Program-made: the position numbers and the translations under genes
Shown here: positions 9,465 through 18,794 of the stretch, one piece after another
How the letters are laid out: every line of letters starts with the position of its first letter
How positions within the stretch are numbered: position 1 is the first letter of the stretch
The notes under the pieces: generated by a model
The model's database searches: none
The model's input: the letters and a program-made list of their open reading frames with translations, nothing else
What the model was told of the DNA's origin: nothing
Source of the DNA: Myxococcales bacterium
Lineage (GTDB): Bacteria > Myxococcota_A > Polyangia > Polyangiales > Polyangiaceae
Length of the DNA: 64,000 bases
Direction of reading: 5' to 3'
Assembly (NCBI GenBank): GCA_043747615.1
Contig: JAYTOU010000035.1
Span: 12,443 to 76,442, forward strand

Positions 9465-10603
9465 CAATCCGGGAACGCGAACCAGCGACGAGGAAAGGGG
9501 AGCAAGATGGACTGCGCCGTGGCGGGCGGCAGAATTCCGTCCTTGTCCTTGCCGCTGCTGAGCGGTCCGAAGCCGCAGGTTCGAGGCGAGACGCTGAACG
9601 CGCCGCCCGACGCCGCCCCGCAGACGCCCGTGTCTCCAGCCATCGCGAAGAAGGAGAGCCCATCGCAGACGCCCGACTGGCACGCGCCGTTGCTGCTGCA
9701 GACGGCACCTTCGTCGAGCGTCACCGCGCACGTGTTCGTCTTGAGACAGTACGAGCCCTGCGCGCACGCTCCCTGGCTCGCTCGGCAATCGCCGCCAACA
9801 TCGGGGATCGCCGCGCACTTCATGGCGGTGGTGTCGCAATACATCGATGAGGGATCGCACGTATCGCCGGCCTGCACGCCGCAGGCGTCCCCGACATTGC
9901 CGTAAGCGACGCAGGTGCCCGCGCCGGCGCTCCCCATGTTGGGCTTGCAGAAGCCTGTGGCGGTCTCGCACTGCGTCTGGTTGAAGTTGGTGGCCATGAC
10001 CGGACCGGAGCCGCCCGAGACCGTGCATGCCGTGCCCGGAGGCGCATGCTGCTTCACCTGGAAGCAAACGTTCACCGCTGCCGCGGCGCCCTTGGCTGCG
10101 GGGTCGGCCTGACAAAGCGTACCGATGTCGACGGTAGCTGCCGCGCACTCTGCGGGATCGAGGCACGCCTCGCCGGCCTTCACGGTGCCCTTGAACACCG
10201 GGAAACAGGCGGCGGCGATGGCATCGATGAAACCCATGCTGGCTTGGGGCTTTCCTCCGTCATCCGAGCAAGCGGTCTCACGCTTCTTGAAGGCAGCGGC
10301 GCAGGCCACCGCGGCGTTCGCGTCGTAGATCACCTTTCCGTGCTTCACGACGTCCGCCACGCCCTGGAAGTTGTTCCCGAGCTGCGCATCGCACGACGTT
10401 GCGTCGTACTTGAATTTGCCCGCGTCGCAGCAGCTCTTGAGAGCGTCGCAAAAGGCCGTGGCGATGGCACTTGCGTAGTGTGACGGGTCGGGCGGACCGC
10501 TGGCTTTGGTGGAGGACGAGCAACCTGCTCCCGCCACGAATGCGGTCGAGAGCGCGATCACGCAGCCGAGCGCGAATGCCTTAGCCATCACTGAATTTTT
10601 CAA
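9464..10603 (-). CDS. Cys-rich myxobacterial lipoprotein
   Basis: Lipobox AGC; more than 25 Cys in G..C...C repeats; GAGGGG upstream of TTG 10603. Confidence 0.8.
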   Translation of the reverse strand: MKNSVMAKAFALGCVIALSTAFVAGAGCSSSTKASGPPDPSHYASAIATAFCDALKSCCDAGKFKYDATSCDAQLGNNFQGVADVVKHGKVIYDANAAVACAAAFKKRETACSDDGGKPQASMGFIDAIAAACFPVFKGTVKAGEACLDPAECAAATVDIGTLCQADPAAKGAAAAVNVCFQVKQHAPPGTACTVSGGSGPVMATNFNQTQCETATGFCKPNMGSAGAGTCVAYGNVGDACGVQAGDTCDPSSMYCDTTAMKCAAIPDVGGDCRASQGACAQGSYCLKTNTCAVTLDEGAVCSSNGACQSGVCDGLSFFAMAGDTGVCGAASGGAFSVSPRTCGFGPLSSGKDKDGILPPATAQSILLPFPRRWFAFPD

Positions 10604-10639
10604 CGGAGCACCCCTCGCGGTCGTGTTTAGGCGCTCGTC

Positions 10640-10649
10640 ATACTACGTT
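10640..10649. promoter_or_regulatory. Bidirectional overlapping -10 elements (TAGTAT minus, TACGTT plus)
   Basis: Share TA at 10644-10645; plus-strand element is 6 nt before GTG 10656. Confidence 0.5.
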
Positions 10650-10655
10650 TCCTTC

Positions 10656-11171
10656 GTGGCGGAGAAACGTCGTTTGCCCGTGATCGCAACGCCTACGTCG
10701 GAGGACGACGAAGACCCGCGCCCTCCGTGGCACTGGGTCGGCTTCGGTACCGCAGTGATTTTCGGCGCGTGGCTTCCCCTCGCGTATGCAACGGAAGTGC
10801 TGAAAAAGAAGGTGATTGCGGCGTTCTTCGGTCCGATGAGCGAGGACCGCATCGGTTCAGCTCTTCTCGCGCTCTCAGCCGGCGACCGGACGCGACTCGA
10901 AGCGATCCTCATGGGGCTCACGGTTGTCGGGCTCGCGGGCGGGGCGTTCGCAGGGGGCTACTTGGTCGGTCGTTGGGGCGGTGCGGGTGTCGGTGTTCGC
11001 GAGGCCGCGCTCTCCGGTCTCATGGCCGGCATCATCGTCAGCACGCTCGCCTTCGGCGCAGGCGGAAGCCTGGTGGCGCTTGCTGCGGGTGCTGCCGGAG
11101 CCACGTTTCTCCTCACGGTGTTCGCGGGGATCGGCGGGCGGGTGGGGGGGAAGCGTCGTTTACCGCGTTGA
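10656..11171 (+). CDS. Membrane protein (about 4 TM) of unknown function
   Basis: Hydrophobic Gly-rich helices; GTG start inferred. Confidence 0.7.
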   Translation: MAEKRRLPVIATPTSEDDEDPRPPWHWVGFGTAVIFGAWLPLAYATEVLKKKVIAAFFGPMSEDRIGSALLALSAGDRTRLEAILMGLTVVGLAGGAFAGGYLVGRWGGAGVGVREAALSGLMAGIIVSTLAFGAGGSLVALAAGAAGATFLLTVFAGIGGRVGGKRRLPR

Positions 11172-11256
11172 GCTGAGGCACGCGGTGAAGCGGTCACTGC
11201 GGCTTCGTGCTGAGCCACGCGGTCGAGAAGCTCAATATGTGCTATCGCCACGCGCG

Positions 11257-11862
11257 ATGCTCGGCCTTCAGGTAGCAACCGATCCGGCGTGGGCCGCGCA
11301 GGCGGTCTTGGAGCTCGACGAGGTCCTCATCGATCACGCGCACTGCGAGATGAAGGCTGCGGCGAACGCGCTCTCACTGGTCGCGCGGCACCCCGACGAC
11401 CTCGGTCTCGTCCGCGCCCTGACCGACGTTGCCCGTGAAGAGATCGAGCATTTTCAGCGCGTGGTCGAGTTCCTCGCGCGGCGTGGTCTCAAGCTCGGGC
11501 ATCCGCCGGTCGACACGTACGCGGCAGATTTGCGGCGTGCGGCGGCGAGCCATCCGGCGGGGCATCTCGTGCCGCCCGTCGTCGATCGCTTGCTGGTGTG
11601 CGCGCTCATCGAAGCCCGCTCGTGCGAGCGCTTCAAGCTTCTGGCCGGGGCGGGAATCTCCGATCCCGAGATGCATGCATTTTACATGGATCTCTTTGCC
11701 GCGGAAGCCAAGCACTACCGCACCTTCGTGGATCTCGCGATCGTCGCCGCGTCCGGAGACAGCGTCATGGTCGAAGCTCGCCTTCTCGTCTTGAGCACCC
11801 TCGAAGGGGCCATCGTCCAGCAGCTCGCCGGTCGCGAGAGGCGCGGCTCGATCCACGGCTGA
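11257..11862 (+). CDS. miaE: tRNA-(ms2io6A37) hydroxylase MiaE
   Basis: DHAHCEMKAA, EEIEHF, IEARSCERF and EAKHY diiron motifs. Confidence 0.92.
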   Translation: MLGLQVATDPAWAAQAVLELDEVLIDHAHCEMKAAANALSLVARHPDDLGLVRALTDVAREEIEHFQRVVEFLARRGLKLGHPPVDTYAADLRRAAASHPAGHLVPPVVDRLLVCALIEARSCERFKLLAGAGISDPEMHAFYMDLFAAEAKHYRTFVDLAIVAASGDSVMVEARLLVLSTLEGAIVQQLAGRERRGSIHG

Positions 11863-11866
11863 CGAC

Positions 11867-13237
11867 ATGGAGGCCAAGGTCATCGTTCAAGACTTGGTGT
11901 CGCTCGACCGAGACATCGCCCGGGCTCATGCTGCCCAGAAATCGTGGAAGCGCGCGCTCGCCGTCGATCCCGAGGTCAACGCCGAACGCTATCCGCTCGA
12001 GAACTTTCGGCATGTCGCAGCCAAGTCGGTCTACGACGCGCTCGGGGAGCTCTCTCCGGTCGCCCTCGATCTTCCCTGGCGTGATGCGCTCCAGCGCTGG
12101 GTCGTCGCGCTCCTCCAGGCGCGCCTCTCCCACGATGCCGACGTCGAGGTCGAGCGGGCGCGCCACGCCAAGACTGCCATCCTCCACCTCGACCCGGTGA
12201 AGCACGTGAGCTTCAAGGACTCGTGGCGCGGAGTCGTGGAGGACCGCTCGCGTGCGCGGGCCATGGCTCATCTCACCGCGGCCTCCGAGGCTGGGGACAT
12301 CGCCGGCGTCACGCGCGATCGATGCGCGCGACGGATCGAAGTTGCGCGGCGACTGGGCCTCACCGGCTCACACGCTCTCTTCGTACCCTCCGCGACGGAC
12401 GGCGTCGCCTTCGCACACGCATTTCTCGCCGCCACCGACGACGTGTGGCTCGCCGTCTGGCGAGATGCCGCGAAGCGCGCCAATCTTCCCGAGCCCACCT
12501 CCCCAGTCGACGCCATCCACCTCGCCATCGCGCGAGAGGCGGGCGAAGGTTGGCCCGCGCACCTCGCGCCCCGGTGGCTCGCGGAGATGTTCCAGTCCCA
12601 TCTGAGAGGTATCTCGATCGACCTTCCCGTACTGCCCGCGCCGCTCGGTGCTTCCAGTTTCTTGCGGGCGCTCGAGGCCTTTGGTCGCGCCTTCCGCGCA
12701 GGCGGCGATGCGCGTCCTCTTCCGTTCGCGCTCGCGCGCGATCCTTATTTTACCGATGAATTCAGGGTCGGTATCGTCTTCGGAGCGCTCGGCTTGAAGC
12801 GTGCATTCTACACGCGACAGCTCGGCACCAGCGCCCGCGTCGCGGAGCTCCAGGTGCGTATGGTGGCCCGCACCGTCCTCGTCGAGGCGCGCCTGCGGGC
12901 GATGCGCACCATCCTCACGGACGAGTCGCGTGCCCCCTCGAAGGATCTCTTCGAGGAGCTGACCCATCGGGTCCTCGGTGCGCCGATGCCGCCTTCGCTG
13001 GTCGGCGCTTGGCCGTCTTCGCACGACGATGAGCCCGCGCGGATGGCTGCCCTCGCAACCGCGCTCCCCCTCGCGCGCGAGCTCGTGGATCGCTTCGATG
13101 ACGACTGGTTCCGAAATCCGCGGGCCTTCGAGGCCCTCCGGGCACGCGCCTCACTCGCCGCGAGAGACGAGTCTCCGAGCATCGACGTGGGGGCAGGGGC
13201 GGCGCTCGCTCGCGTGCTCGAAGAGGCCCTCGCGTGA
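11867..13237 (+). CDS. Hypothetical protein, distant M3-peptidase-like homolog lacking HEXXH
   Basis: 456-aa ORF; LEAFGRAF where HExGHAxH is expected; RFDDDWFRNPRA C-terminal motif. Confidence 0.6.
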   Translation: MEAKVIVQDLVSLDRDIARAHAAQKSWKRALAVDPEVNAERYPLENFRHVAAKSVYDALGELSPVALDLPWRDALQRWVVALLQARLSHDADVEVERARHAKTAILHLDPVKHVSFKDSWRGVVEDRSRARAMAHLTAASEAGDIAGVTRDRCARRIEVARRLGLTGSHALFVPSATDGVAFAHAFLAATDDVWLAVWRDAAKRANLPEPTSPVDAIHLAIAREAGEGWPAHLAPRWLAEMFQSHLRGISIDLPVLPAPLGASSFLRALEAFGRAFRAGGDARPLPFALARDPYFTDEFRVGIVFGALGLKRAFYTRQLGTSARVAELQVRMVARTVLVEARLRAMRTILTDESRAPSKDLFEELTHRVLGAPMPPSLVGAWPSSHDDEPARMAALATALPLARELVDRFDDDWFRNPRAFEALRARASLAARDESPSIDVGAGAALARVLEEALA

Positions 13238-14007
13238 GGAGGCACGGCCTCGCTCTCTTCGTAATCGCTTTCGCCGGCTGGGGAAGCGCAGTTCTCGCGG
13301 GGAATCCTCCGCATCATACGGATCGTCCCGCGTCGCCTCTGCCCTCGCTCCCGAGCATCGCGCGCGTGCGCATCGAGGTGGCAAAGGATCATCTCGTCGT
13401 CATCGAAGAGATCAATCTCCCGCGCGGAACCTGGGTGTCCGGCGATCTCGACTTCTTCGTTGCCTTCGGTGCGTCGGGAATGCCTCGCGCCTTCGACGCA
13501 CACCTGCTGTCGGTTCCCGATGGCTCGCTCGAGCCGAGCTCGGACGACGCCGGTGAGCCCATCGCGTACGAGTCGGCCTCGCACCGCCCTTCGGTCGCGC
13601 ACCTCCTTCTTGGCCCTGCACAGATGGCAGGCGCCGTTCTGCACGTGAAGGAGCCCGCGTTTCGCCGCGCCGTTTCCGAGGGAAATATGGCTGCCATTCG
13701 GATCCGCACGCTCCTTCCGCTTCCGGGCGAGGACGCCCAAACCGGGCGCGAGGTGGTCGTGCGTCTCGGCATCGAGCCTTCGAACCCGCTCGTCGTCGGA
13801 CGCCTGCAGCTCACGTCGCTCGAATCGACTCTGCGAGTCACCCGGGTCGAAGCGCACTTGTGCGGAGCAGACGCCGATCCTTATCCGTTGGCCATCGCGC
13901 TCGTCCCGAAGGCCGCTTCGACGAAGCTCGCGTCACCAGGTCCGGTCGCCCCCGTCCTCGCCGTCCGCCACGCATCAGACAGTTTGTGCGTGAGGTTCTG
14001 GAACTAG
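13234..14007 (+). CDS. Exported hypothetical protein
   Basis: Signal peptide; GTGA overlap with upstream gene; beta-rich. Confidence 0.7.
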   Translation: MRRHGLALFVIAFAGWGSAVLAGNPPHHTDRPASPLPSLPSIARVRIEVAKDHLVVIEEINLPRGTWVSGDLDFFVAFGASGMPRAFDAHLLSVPDGSLEPSSDDAGEPIAYESASHRPSVAHLLLGPAQMAGAVLHVKEPAFRRAVSEGNMAAIRIRTLLPLPGEDAQTGREVVVRLGIEPSNPLVVGRLQLTSLESTLRVTRVEAHLCGADADPYPLAIALVPKAASTKLASPGPVAPVLAVRHASDSLCVRFWN

Positions 14008-14990
14008 AACGAGTCTTGCCCGGACTCGGCGCCGCTCGCGTTTCCGGCGTCGTAGAAGTAACGGAGGCCAGCGACGAAGAGGGTCATCGGGTGATCGGCA
14101 ACGACGTCGCGGCGGGCGCTGAGCTCGAAGCTCCATTTCTTGTCGACGTAGCCGGCGCCGAGCGAGACGGCGTGTGCCCGCTGCCCGTCGTCGTAGCGGT
14201 AGCCGACGCGAATCGGAAAGTGGTCGGCCACGAAAAACTCCGCGCCGAGCATCACGCGCCCGCGTGTCCCCTTCCAGGTGGTGAAGTCGGCCATGCCGTC
14301 GGCTTCGATGGCCACGATTCCCGCTGCGTACCCGATGCCACCGGCGAGGGTAGTCGGCGCGAGCCCCGTTCCCGGATTGGTGAGGTTGTGTCCGACCAAA
14401 GAGACGTTGAGCCCGGTCGTGGGAATGACCGTGACGCCCATGTCGAAGGTGAAATTGTTCAGCACCGGACCACTCGGATTTCCGTCGGAAGCGAGGCTCT
14501 GTCCGAATGGACCTCTCGCCGTGTTCTGCGAAGAGCGCAGGTAGCGACCGGTCATCCCGAGGGCGATCTTGTCGCCGAGGGGGTAGCCGAGCGCCAGACG
14601 GAGATCCGTCCACTGACGATGAATTCCATCGGGATCGAGCTGATTCCAGGTCCCGCCGAACCCTCCGGCGAGGCGGCTCGTCGATGAGTCGGCGACAGCT
14701 CCGCCGTAGCTCTGCCGTCGCGCATCCGGCGAAACTGCCGCCAGACCTTCGAAGTGATAGACGCGGGCAAGCGGTAAATTGGCCGGGTTGAGAAAGATCG
14801 CGTTCGTCGAGGTCCCGAGCGCGGTCTGCGCGCCGCCCATCCCGACGGAGCGTGGCGTGTACACCTCACCGAGATCGTACCCTTGCTCCACCGACGTCGA
14901 CGAGGGATCGGCGTGAGCCGTCGACGCAACCAGCATGGCCCCAAGAAAAAGAGGAAGCGTTCGGAAGATCAGTGCGGGACCGTTGTGCAT
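14004..14990 (-). CDS. Outer-membrane beta-barrel protein (FadL/PorV-like)
   Basis: PRSVGMGGA...NAIFLNPANL hatch motif; amphipathic strands; signal peptide. Confidence 0.75.
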   Translation of the reverse strand: MHNGPALIFRTLPLFLGAMLVASTAHADPSSTSVEQGYDLGEVYTPRSVGMGGAQTALGTSTNAIFLNPANLPLARVYHFEGLAAVSPDARRQSYGGAVADSSTSRLAGGFGGTWNQLDPDGIHRQWTDLRLALGYPLGDKIALGMTGRYLRSSQNTARGPFGQSLASDGNPSGPVLNNFTFDMGVTVIPTTGLNVSLVGHNLTNPGTGLAPTTLAGGIGYAAGIVAIEADGMADFTTWKGTRGRVMLGAEFFVADHFPIRVGYRYDDGQRAHAVSLGAGYVDKKWSFELSARRDVVADHPMTLFVAGLRYFYDAGNASGAESGQDSF

Positions 14991-15484
14991 GCGCGGGATT
15001 GGCCGGACCCTAACAAGTGCATGCGGCAACGGGACACTTTTCGGCAGGCTCTTCGACGTACCCAGTCGTCTGTAACTGGCCGCACCTGCGACGAACCCTC
15101 GACCTGAAGCGCCACCACGATGCCCGGCGATTGTCACAGGATCGTGCACTCTTGACAGCCCAATCGCCCTGAAATTCCGTTCATTCAGAGAGCGCACTTT
15201 CCTGAAGATCCCGATTCAATAAGTACGTCGCGGGGTTGCACGATGCATGAGGTTCCCGCGTGTCTGCGCAACGTATTTCGCGGGTGGTCTACAAGCAATA
15301 AACGCCAACCATTTCGGTGACTTCGTCTGTTTCGAACAATCGGCGTGGACGCGGTGCAAAAAGGGATGGTAGCTCCTCATCCTTAGCGTCGGGGAGCAGG
15401 GTCATTGGCCCCTCACGCGTTCGGGTAACGACCGGCTTCTTCGGGTGGGTCTCGAGCGGGTCTCGAGCGGGGTTGGGTTGGGGC

Positions 15485-15571
15485 TGTGGTCGGTCGTTCA
15501 GGGGGGCTGTGGGGGATCGAGAGTAGGGCGCGGAGTTTTTACTCCACACCCTGTGGGAAAGCTGTGCCCAA
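15485..15571. promoter_or_regulatory. Cluster of DnaA-box-like 9-mers upstream of dnaA
   Basis: TACTCCACA 15540-48 (+), TTTCCCACA 15552-60 (-), TTGGGCACA 15563-71 (-), TCCCCCACA 15508-16 (-), versus consensus TTWTNCACA. Confidence 0.55.
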
Positions 15572-15614
15572 TTTGTCGGCAGAACATGGCCGACCGGAAA
15601 GTGGTTAGCGAACG

Positions 15615-17087
15615 GTGCAAGGTCGGATCGAAAGTCGGGCGGAGCTCTGGGACGAGGCAGTCGCGTACACACGCGAGAAATCCCCCGGAGTGTTCGACCA
15701 GTGGTTCTCGGGGGTCCAGTTCGACGGGCTTTCCGACGGGGTCCTCAGCCTGCGTGCCCGCGACGAGTTCGTGCGTGAGTGGGTGGAGAAGCATTTTCTT
15801 CCGACGCTGACCGATCACATCCGCGCCCAGACCGAGTGGAGCGTGCAGGTCACGTGGATCATCGACAGCACCCTCGATCGCTCCGTCGCCAAGCACGTAG
15901 GTAAGGTGCCGCAGCTCCCGGTCTCTCCGCGCCGCTTGTCGGTGCACGAGGAGGTATCACCCATGATCGACGAGACGCCTGCAGGCAGCGCAAAAGACCC
16001 GTCGACCGTTGCTCCCGCTTCGGTGCGGCGCCCGTCCATCCAGGTGGCGCCTCCTCCGCTCGAAGGCTTGAACGGCAAGTACACGTTCTCGAATTTCGTG
16101 ATCGGCCCCTCGAACCAGCTCGCGCATGCCGCGTCGATCGCCGCAGCGGGAGGCGGCGGGCGAAGGTACAATCCCCTATTTCTGTGCGGTGGAACGGGGC
16201 TCGGCAAGACGCACTTGGTTCACGCTGTCGCGCACCGCGTGCGCACGGAGCGTCCGAGCACGCGCATCCTCTACATCTCCGCCGAGCGCTTCATCAATGA
16301 GTTCGTCCAGGCCCTGCAGGACCAGAAGATGAACGAGTTTCGCTCGCGGTACCGCGAGAAATGCGATCTCCTCCTCGTCGACGACATCCAGTTTCTCGCA
16401 TCGAAGACGCAGACCCAGGAAGAATTTTTCCACGCCTTCAACGCCCTTCACCAGGCGGACAAGCAGATCATCGTCACGAGCGACAAGTACCCGCAACAGC
16501 TCGAGCGGATGGAGGAGCGCCTCGTCTCTCGTTTCACGTGGGGGCTCGTCGCCGACATCCAGGCTCCGGAGCTCGAGACTCGCGTCGCGATCGTCCGAAA
16601 AAAAGCGCAGATCGAGGGGCTAGAGGTCGCCGACGAGGTGCTGCACTATATCGCCCAAGCGGTGCGGAGCAACGTTCGCGAGCTCGAAGGAACACTCATT
16701 CGTCTCGCGGCCAAGGCCTCCCTCACGTCACGGATCATCGATCTCGAGTTCGCGCGCACGGAAATCGCGCTCTCGTCGAACACCCGTGCGAACGAAGCCA
16801 GCGTGGAGGACGTGCAGCGTGTCGTCTGCCATCATTTCAAGCTGAAGAGCGGCGATCTCCTGTCGAAGGATCGCCACCGGAGCATCGCCTTCGCCCGCCA
16901 CGTCGCCATGTATCTTTGCCGGGAACGCCTGAAATGCAGCCTGCCCGAGCTCGGTCGCGCCTTCGGTAACCGCGATCACACGACGGTCATGAGCGCCGTG
17001 CGCAAGGTGAAGGCGCTACGCGGCAACGATCCGGAAGTGCGCGCGCACATCGAAGCCCTCGAGCGCAAGCTTGGCTCGGTAGACTAG
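15615..17087 (+). CDS. dnaA: Chromosomal replication initiator DnaA
   Basis: YTFSNFVIGPSN, YNPLFLCGGTGLGKTHL, LLVDDIQFL, NVRELEG and RDHTTV motifs. Confidence 0.98.
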   Translation: MQGRIESRAELWDEAVAYTREKSPGVFDQWFSGVQFDGLSDGVLSLRARDEFVREWVEKHFLPTLTDHIRAQTEWSVQVTWIIDSTLDRSVAKHVGKVPQLPVSPRRLSVHEEVSPMIDETPAGSAKDPSTVAPASVRRPSIQVAPPPLEGLNGKYTFSNFVIGPSNQLAHAASIAAAGGGGRRYNPLFLCGGTGLGKTHLVHAVAHRVRTERPSTRILYISAERFINEFVQALQDQKMNEFRSRYREKCDLLLVDDIQFLASKTQTQEEFFHAFNALHQADKQIIVTSDKYPQQLERMEERLVSRFTWGLVADIQAPELETRVAIVRKKAQIEGLEVADEVLHYIAQAVRSNVRELEGTLIRLAAKASLTSRIIDLEFARTEIALSSNTRANEASVEDVQRVVCHHFKLKSGDLLSKDRHRSIAFARHVAMYLCRERLKCSLPELGRAFGNRDHTTVMSAVRKVKALRGNDPEVRAHIEALERKLGSVD

Positions 17088-17102
17088 TCCCTCGGGGCTG
17101 CC

Positions 17103-18794
17103 CTAGCCGGGTTGCGCGGCGTAGACGGCGAAGACGGCGTTGCTGAAGAGCGGCGCCGGCTCGGAGTGACCCGGGTCGGGAGTGACCGATCGCTTATCGA
17201 CGACGACGTACGACAGACCGTGCGCGAGCGCGTAGGTCAGCTGGTCATGCAGCGTTCGTAGGGCGCGCACTTCGTTGAAGCGCGAATGCCACGTGTCGTA
17301 CGTCTCGGGAGCCCAAAACACGGTCGCTCCGTCTTTTGCGTCTACCCACGCCACGCGCTGCGCGCCGACGCGGAAGCCCAGCGGCCAAAGAGGCACGAGG
17401 AACGTGGCATCGGGCGAGGTCGTGTGTCGCGCCCAGAGTTGAACCTCACGCCACTGAGGTGCCCTCGGCCATTGGCCCTCGAAGAGTTCGTCGTCCTGCG
17501 CTGTGGGGATCGCCCCGTCCGCGAGTCTCCCCGTGCGCGTCGCGTACGCATCGAGGGTGCCGTAGACGACAAGCAGGGCGCTTGCCGCAACGGCGTACGG
17601 CCTAGGACGAGCAGAGATCGCGCGGAGCCACGCTCCAACGCGAATCCTGAGGGACGCCACACCCGCGCTCTTTTCTCCGTGCCCGCGCTCGGCGGCGATG
17701 AGGAGGAGAAGAGTGACGATCGGCACGACGTACTGCGCTGTGACCAGTCCGTAGAGGATGGCCGCCGAGGCCACGCTCCTCCCGACGCGCGTGAGATCCC
17801 ACATGCTCAGTGCAGCGGAGACTGCCAAGGTCACGCCGCCGATGACGAGCAGGCCATCGACCCGCAGCAGGTGCAGTCGAAGGAGGAGGGTCGAGTGAAC
17901 CATCGCGCCGACCATGGCCCCCGCGGCGAAGACGACCATCCATCCGACGACGACCTGCGCGCCGCCGGGCCTGAGAAAGCGAACCGCGAGAATTCCCAAG
18001 AGGGCGATTTCCAGCACCTTGGCGATACTCGACAGAGAGGATGCATCGAGAAAAAAATGTTTGGGGAAGTAGAAACGCAGATACCCGCGAAAATCGAAGG
18101 TCGGGGGTGCTTCGTGCACCACCGAGCGAACCCACAGAACGACCGGCACGACCACGATGAAGAACACCGCAGCAGCCAGGGCGATCTCGCGAAGGACTTT
18201 CGCTTTGCCGCTCTCGCGCCCGAGTTGAAGGAGGCTGGCGATGCCGAGGGGGGCGAGCATCCACACTCCGACGAAAATGTTGATGTCGAAAGCCACGGCG
18301 GAGGCAAGCGCGGCGGCGACGATCCTTCGCCGCATGATCAAGCTGGCACTGATGAGCGCGAAAGCTTGGGCGAGCTCGGTGTGCGTAAAATACTCGATCA
18401 GCATGCCGTCGCCTCCGACCGGCGAGAACCCATAGATGCCCGTGAAGACCAGGATCATCGCTCCCACCCAGAGCCGCGCCTCGGCGAGGCCGCTGGCCAT
18501 CATGATCAAGATGAGCGCATAGAACGTGAGCACCCGCGTCAGCACGTGGCAGGCAAAAAACAGCCCCACGATGTTCGCCTCCGTCGCGACGTGCGCGAGC
18601 AGCGGATAGATGGGTGAGACGAACTTGTGGAGCGACTGCATCACCGGATCGTGCGCGAATTGAGGCAGATCGTACATCCGCAGAACGATCGGAATGTGAA
18701 AGACGTTGTTGTTGATCCCGAACTCGAAGCCCTGAAGCGCGATCGAGAGGATCGCCGCGAGGCACGCAAGCAGCGCGGGTCTCTTCACGTGCAC
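17103..18794 (-). CDS. Polytopic membrane protein (DUF6798-like, possibly a GT-C glycosyltransferase)
   Basis: More than 10 TM segments; C-terminal soluble domain WARHTTSPDATFLVP...FRVGAQR...VDAKDG. Confidence 0.65.
   Translation of the reverse strand: MHVKRPALLACLAAILSIALQGFEFGINNNVFHIPIVLRMYDLPQFAHDPVMQSLHKFVSPIYPLLAHVATEANIVGLFFACHVLTRVLTFYALILIMMASGLAEARLWVGAMILVFTGIYGFSPVGGDGMLIEYFTHTELAQAFALISASLIMRRRIVAAALASAVAFDINIFVGVWMLAPLGIASLLQLGRESGKAKVLREIALAAAVFFIVVVPVVLWVRSVVHEAPPTFDFRGYLRFYFPKHFFLDASSLSSIAKVLEIALLGILAVRFLRPGGAQVVVGWMVVFAAGAMVGAMVHSTLLLRLHLLRVDGLLVIGGVTLAVSAALSMWDLTRVGRSVASAAILYGLVTAQYVVPIVTLLLLIAAERGHGEKSAGVASLRIRVGAWLRAISARPRPYAVAASALLVVYGTLDAYATRTGRLADGAIPTAQDDELFEGQWPRAPQWREVQLWARHTTSPDATFLVPLWPLGFRVGAQRVAWVDAKDGATVFWAPETYDTWHSRFNEVRALRTLHDQLTYALAHGLSYVVVDKRSVTPDPGHSEPAPLFSNAVFAVYAAQPG

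Noticed and set aside
9009..10166. 385-aa ORF as a frameshifted fusion
   Set aside because: Thioesterase similarity begins at ATG 9464, which overlaps the upstream stop (TGATG); this is ordinary coupling.
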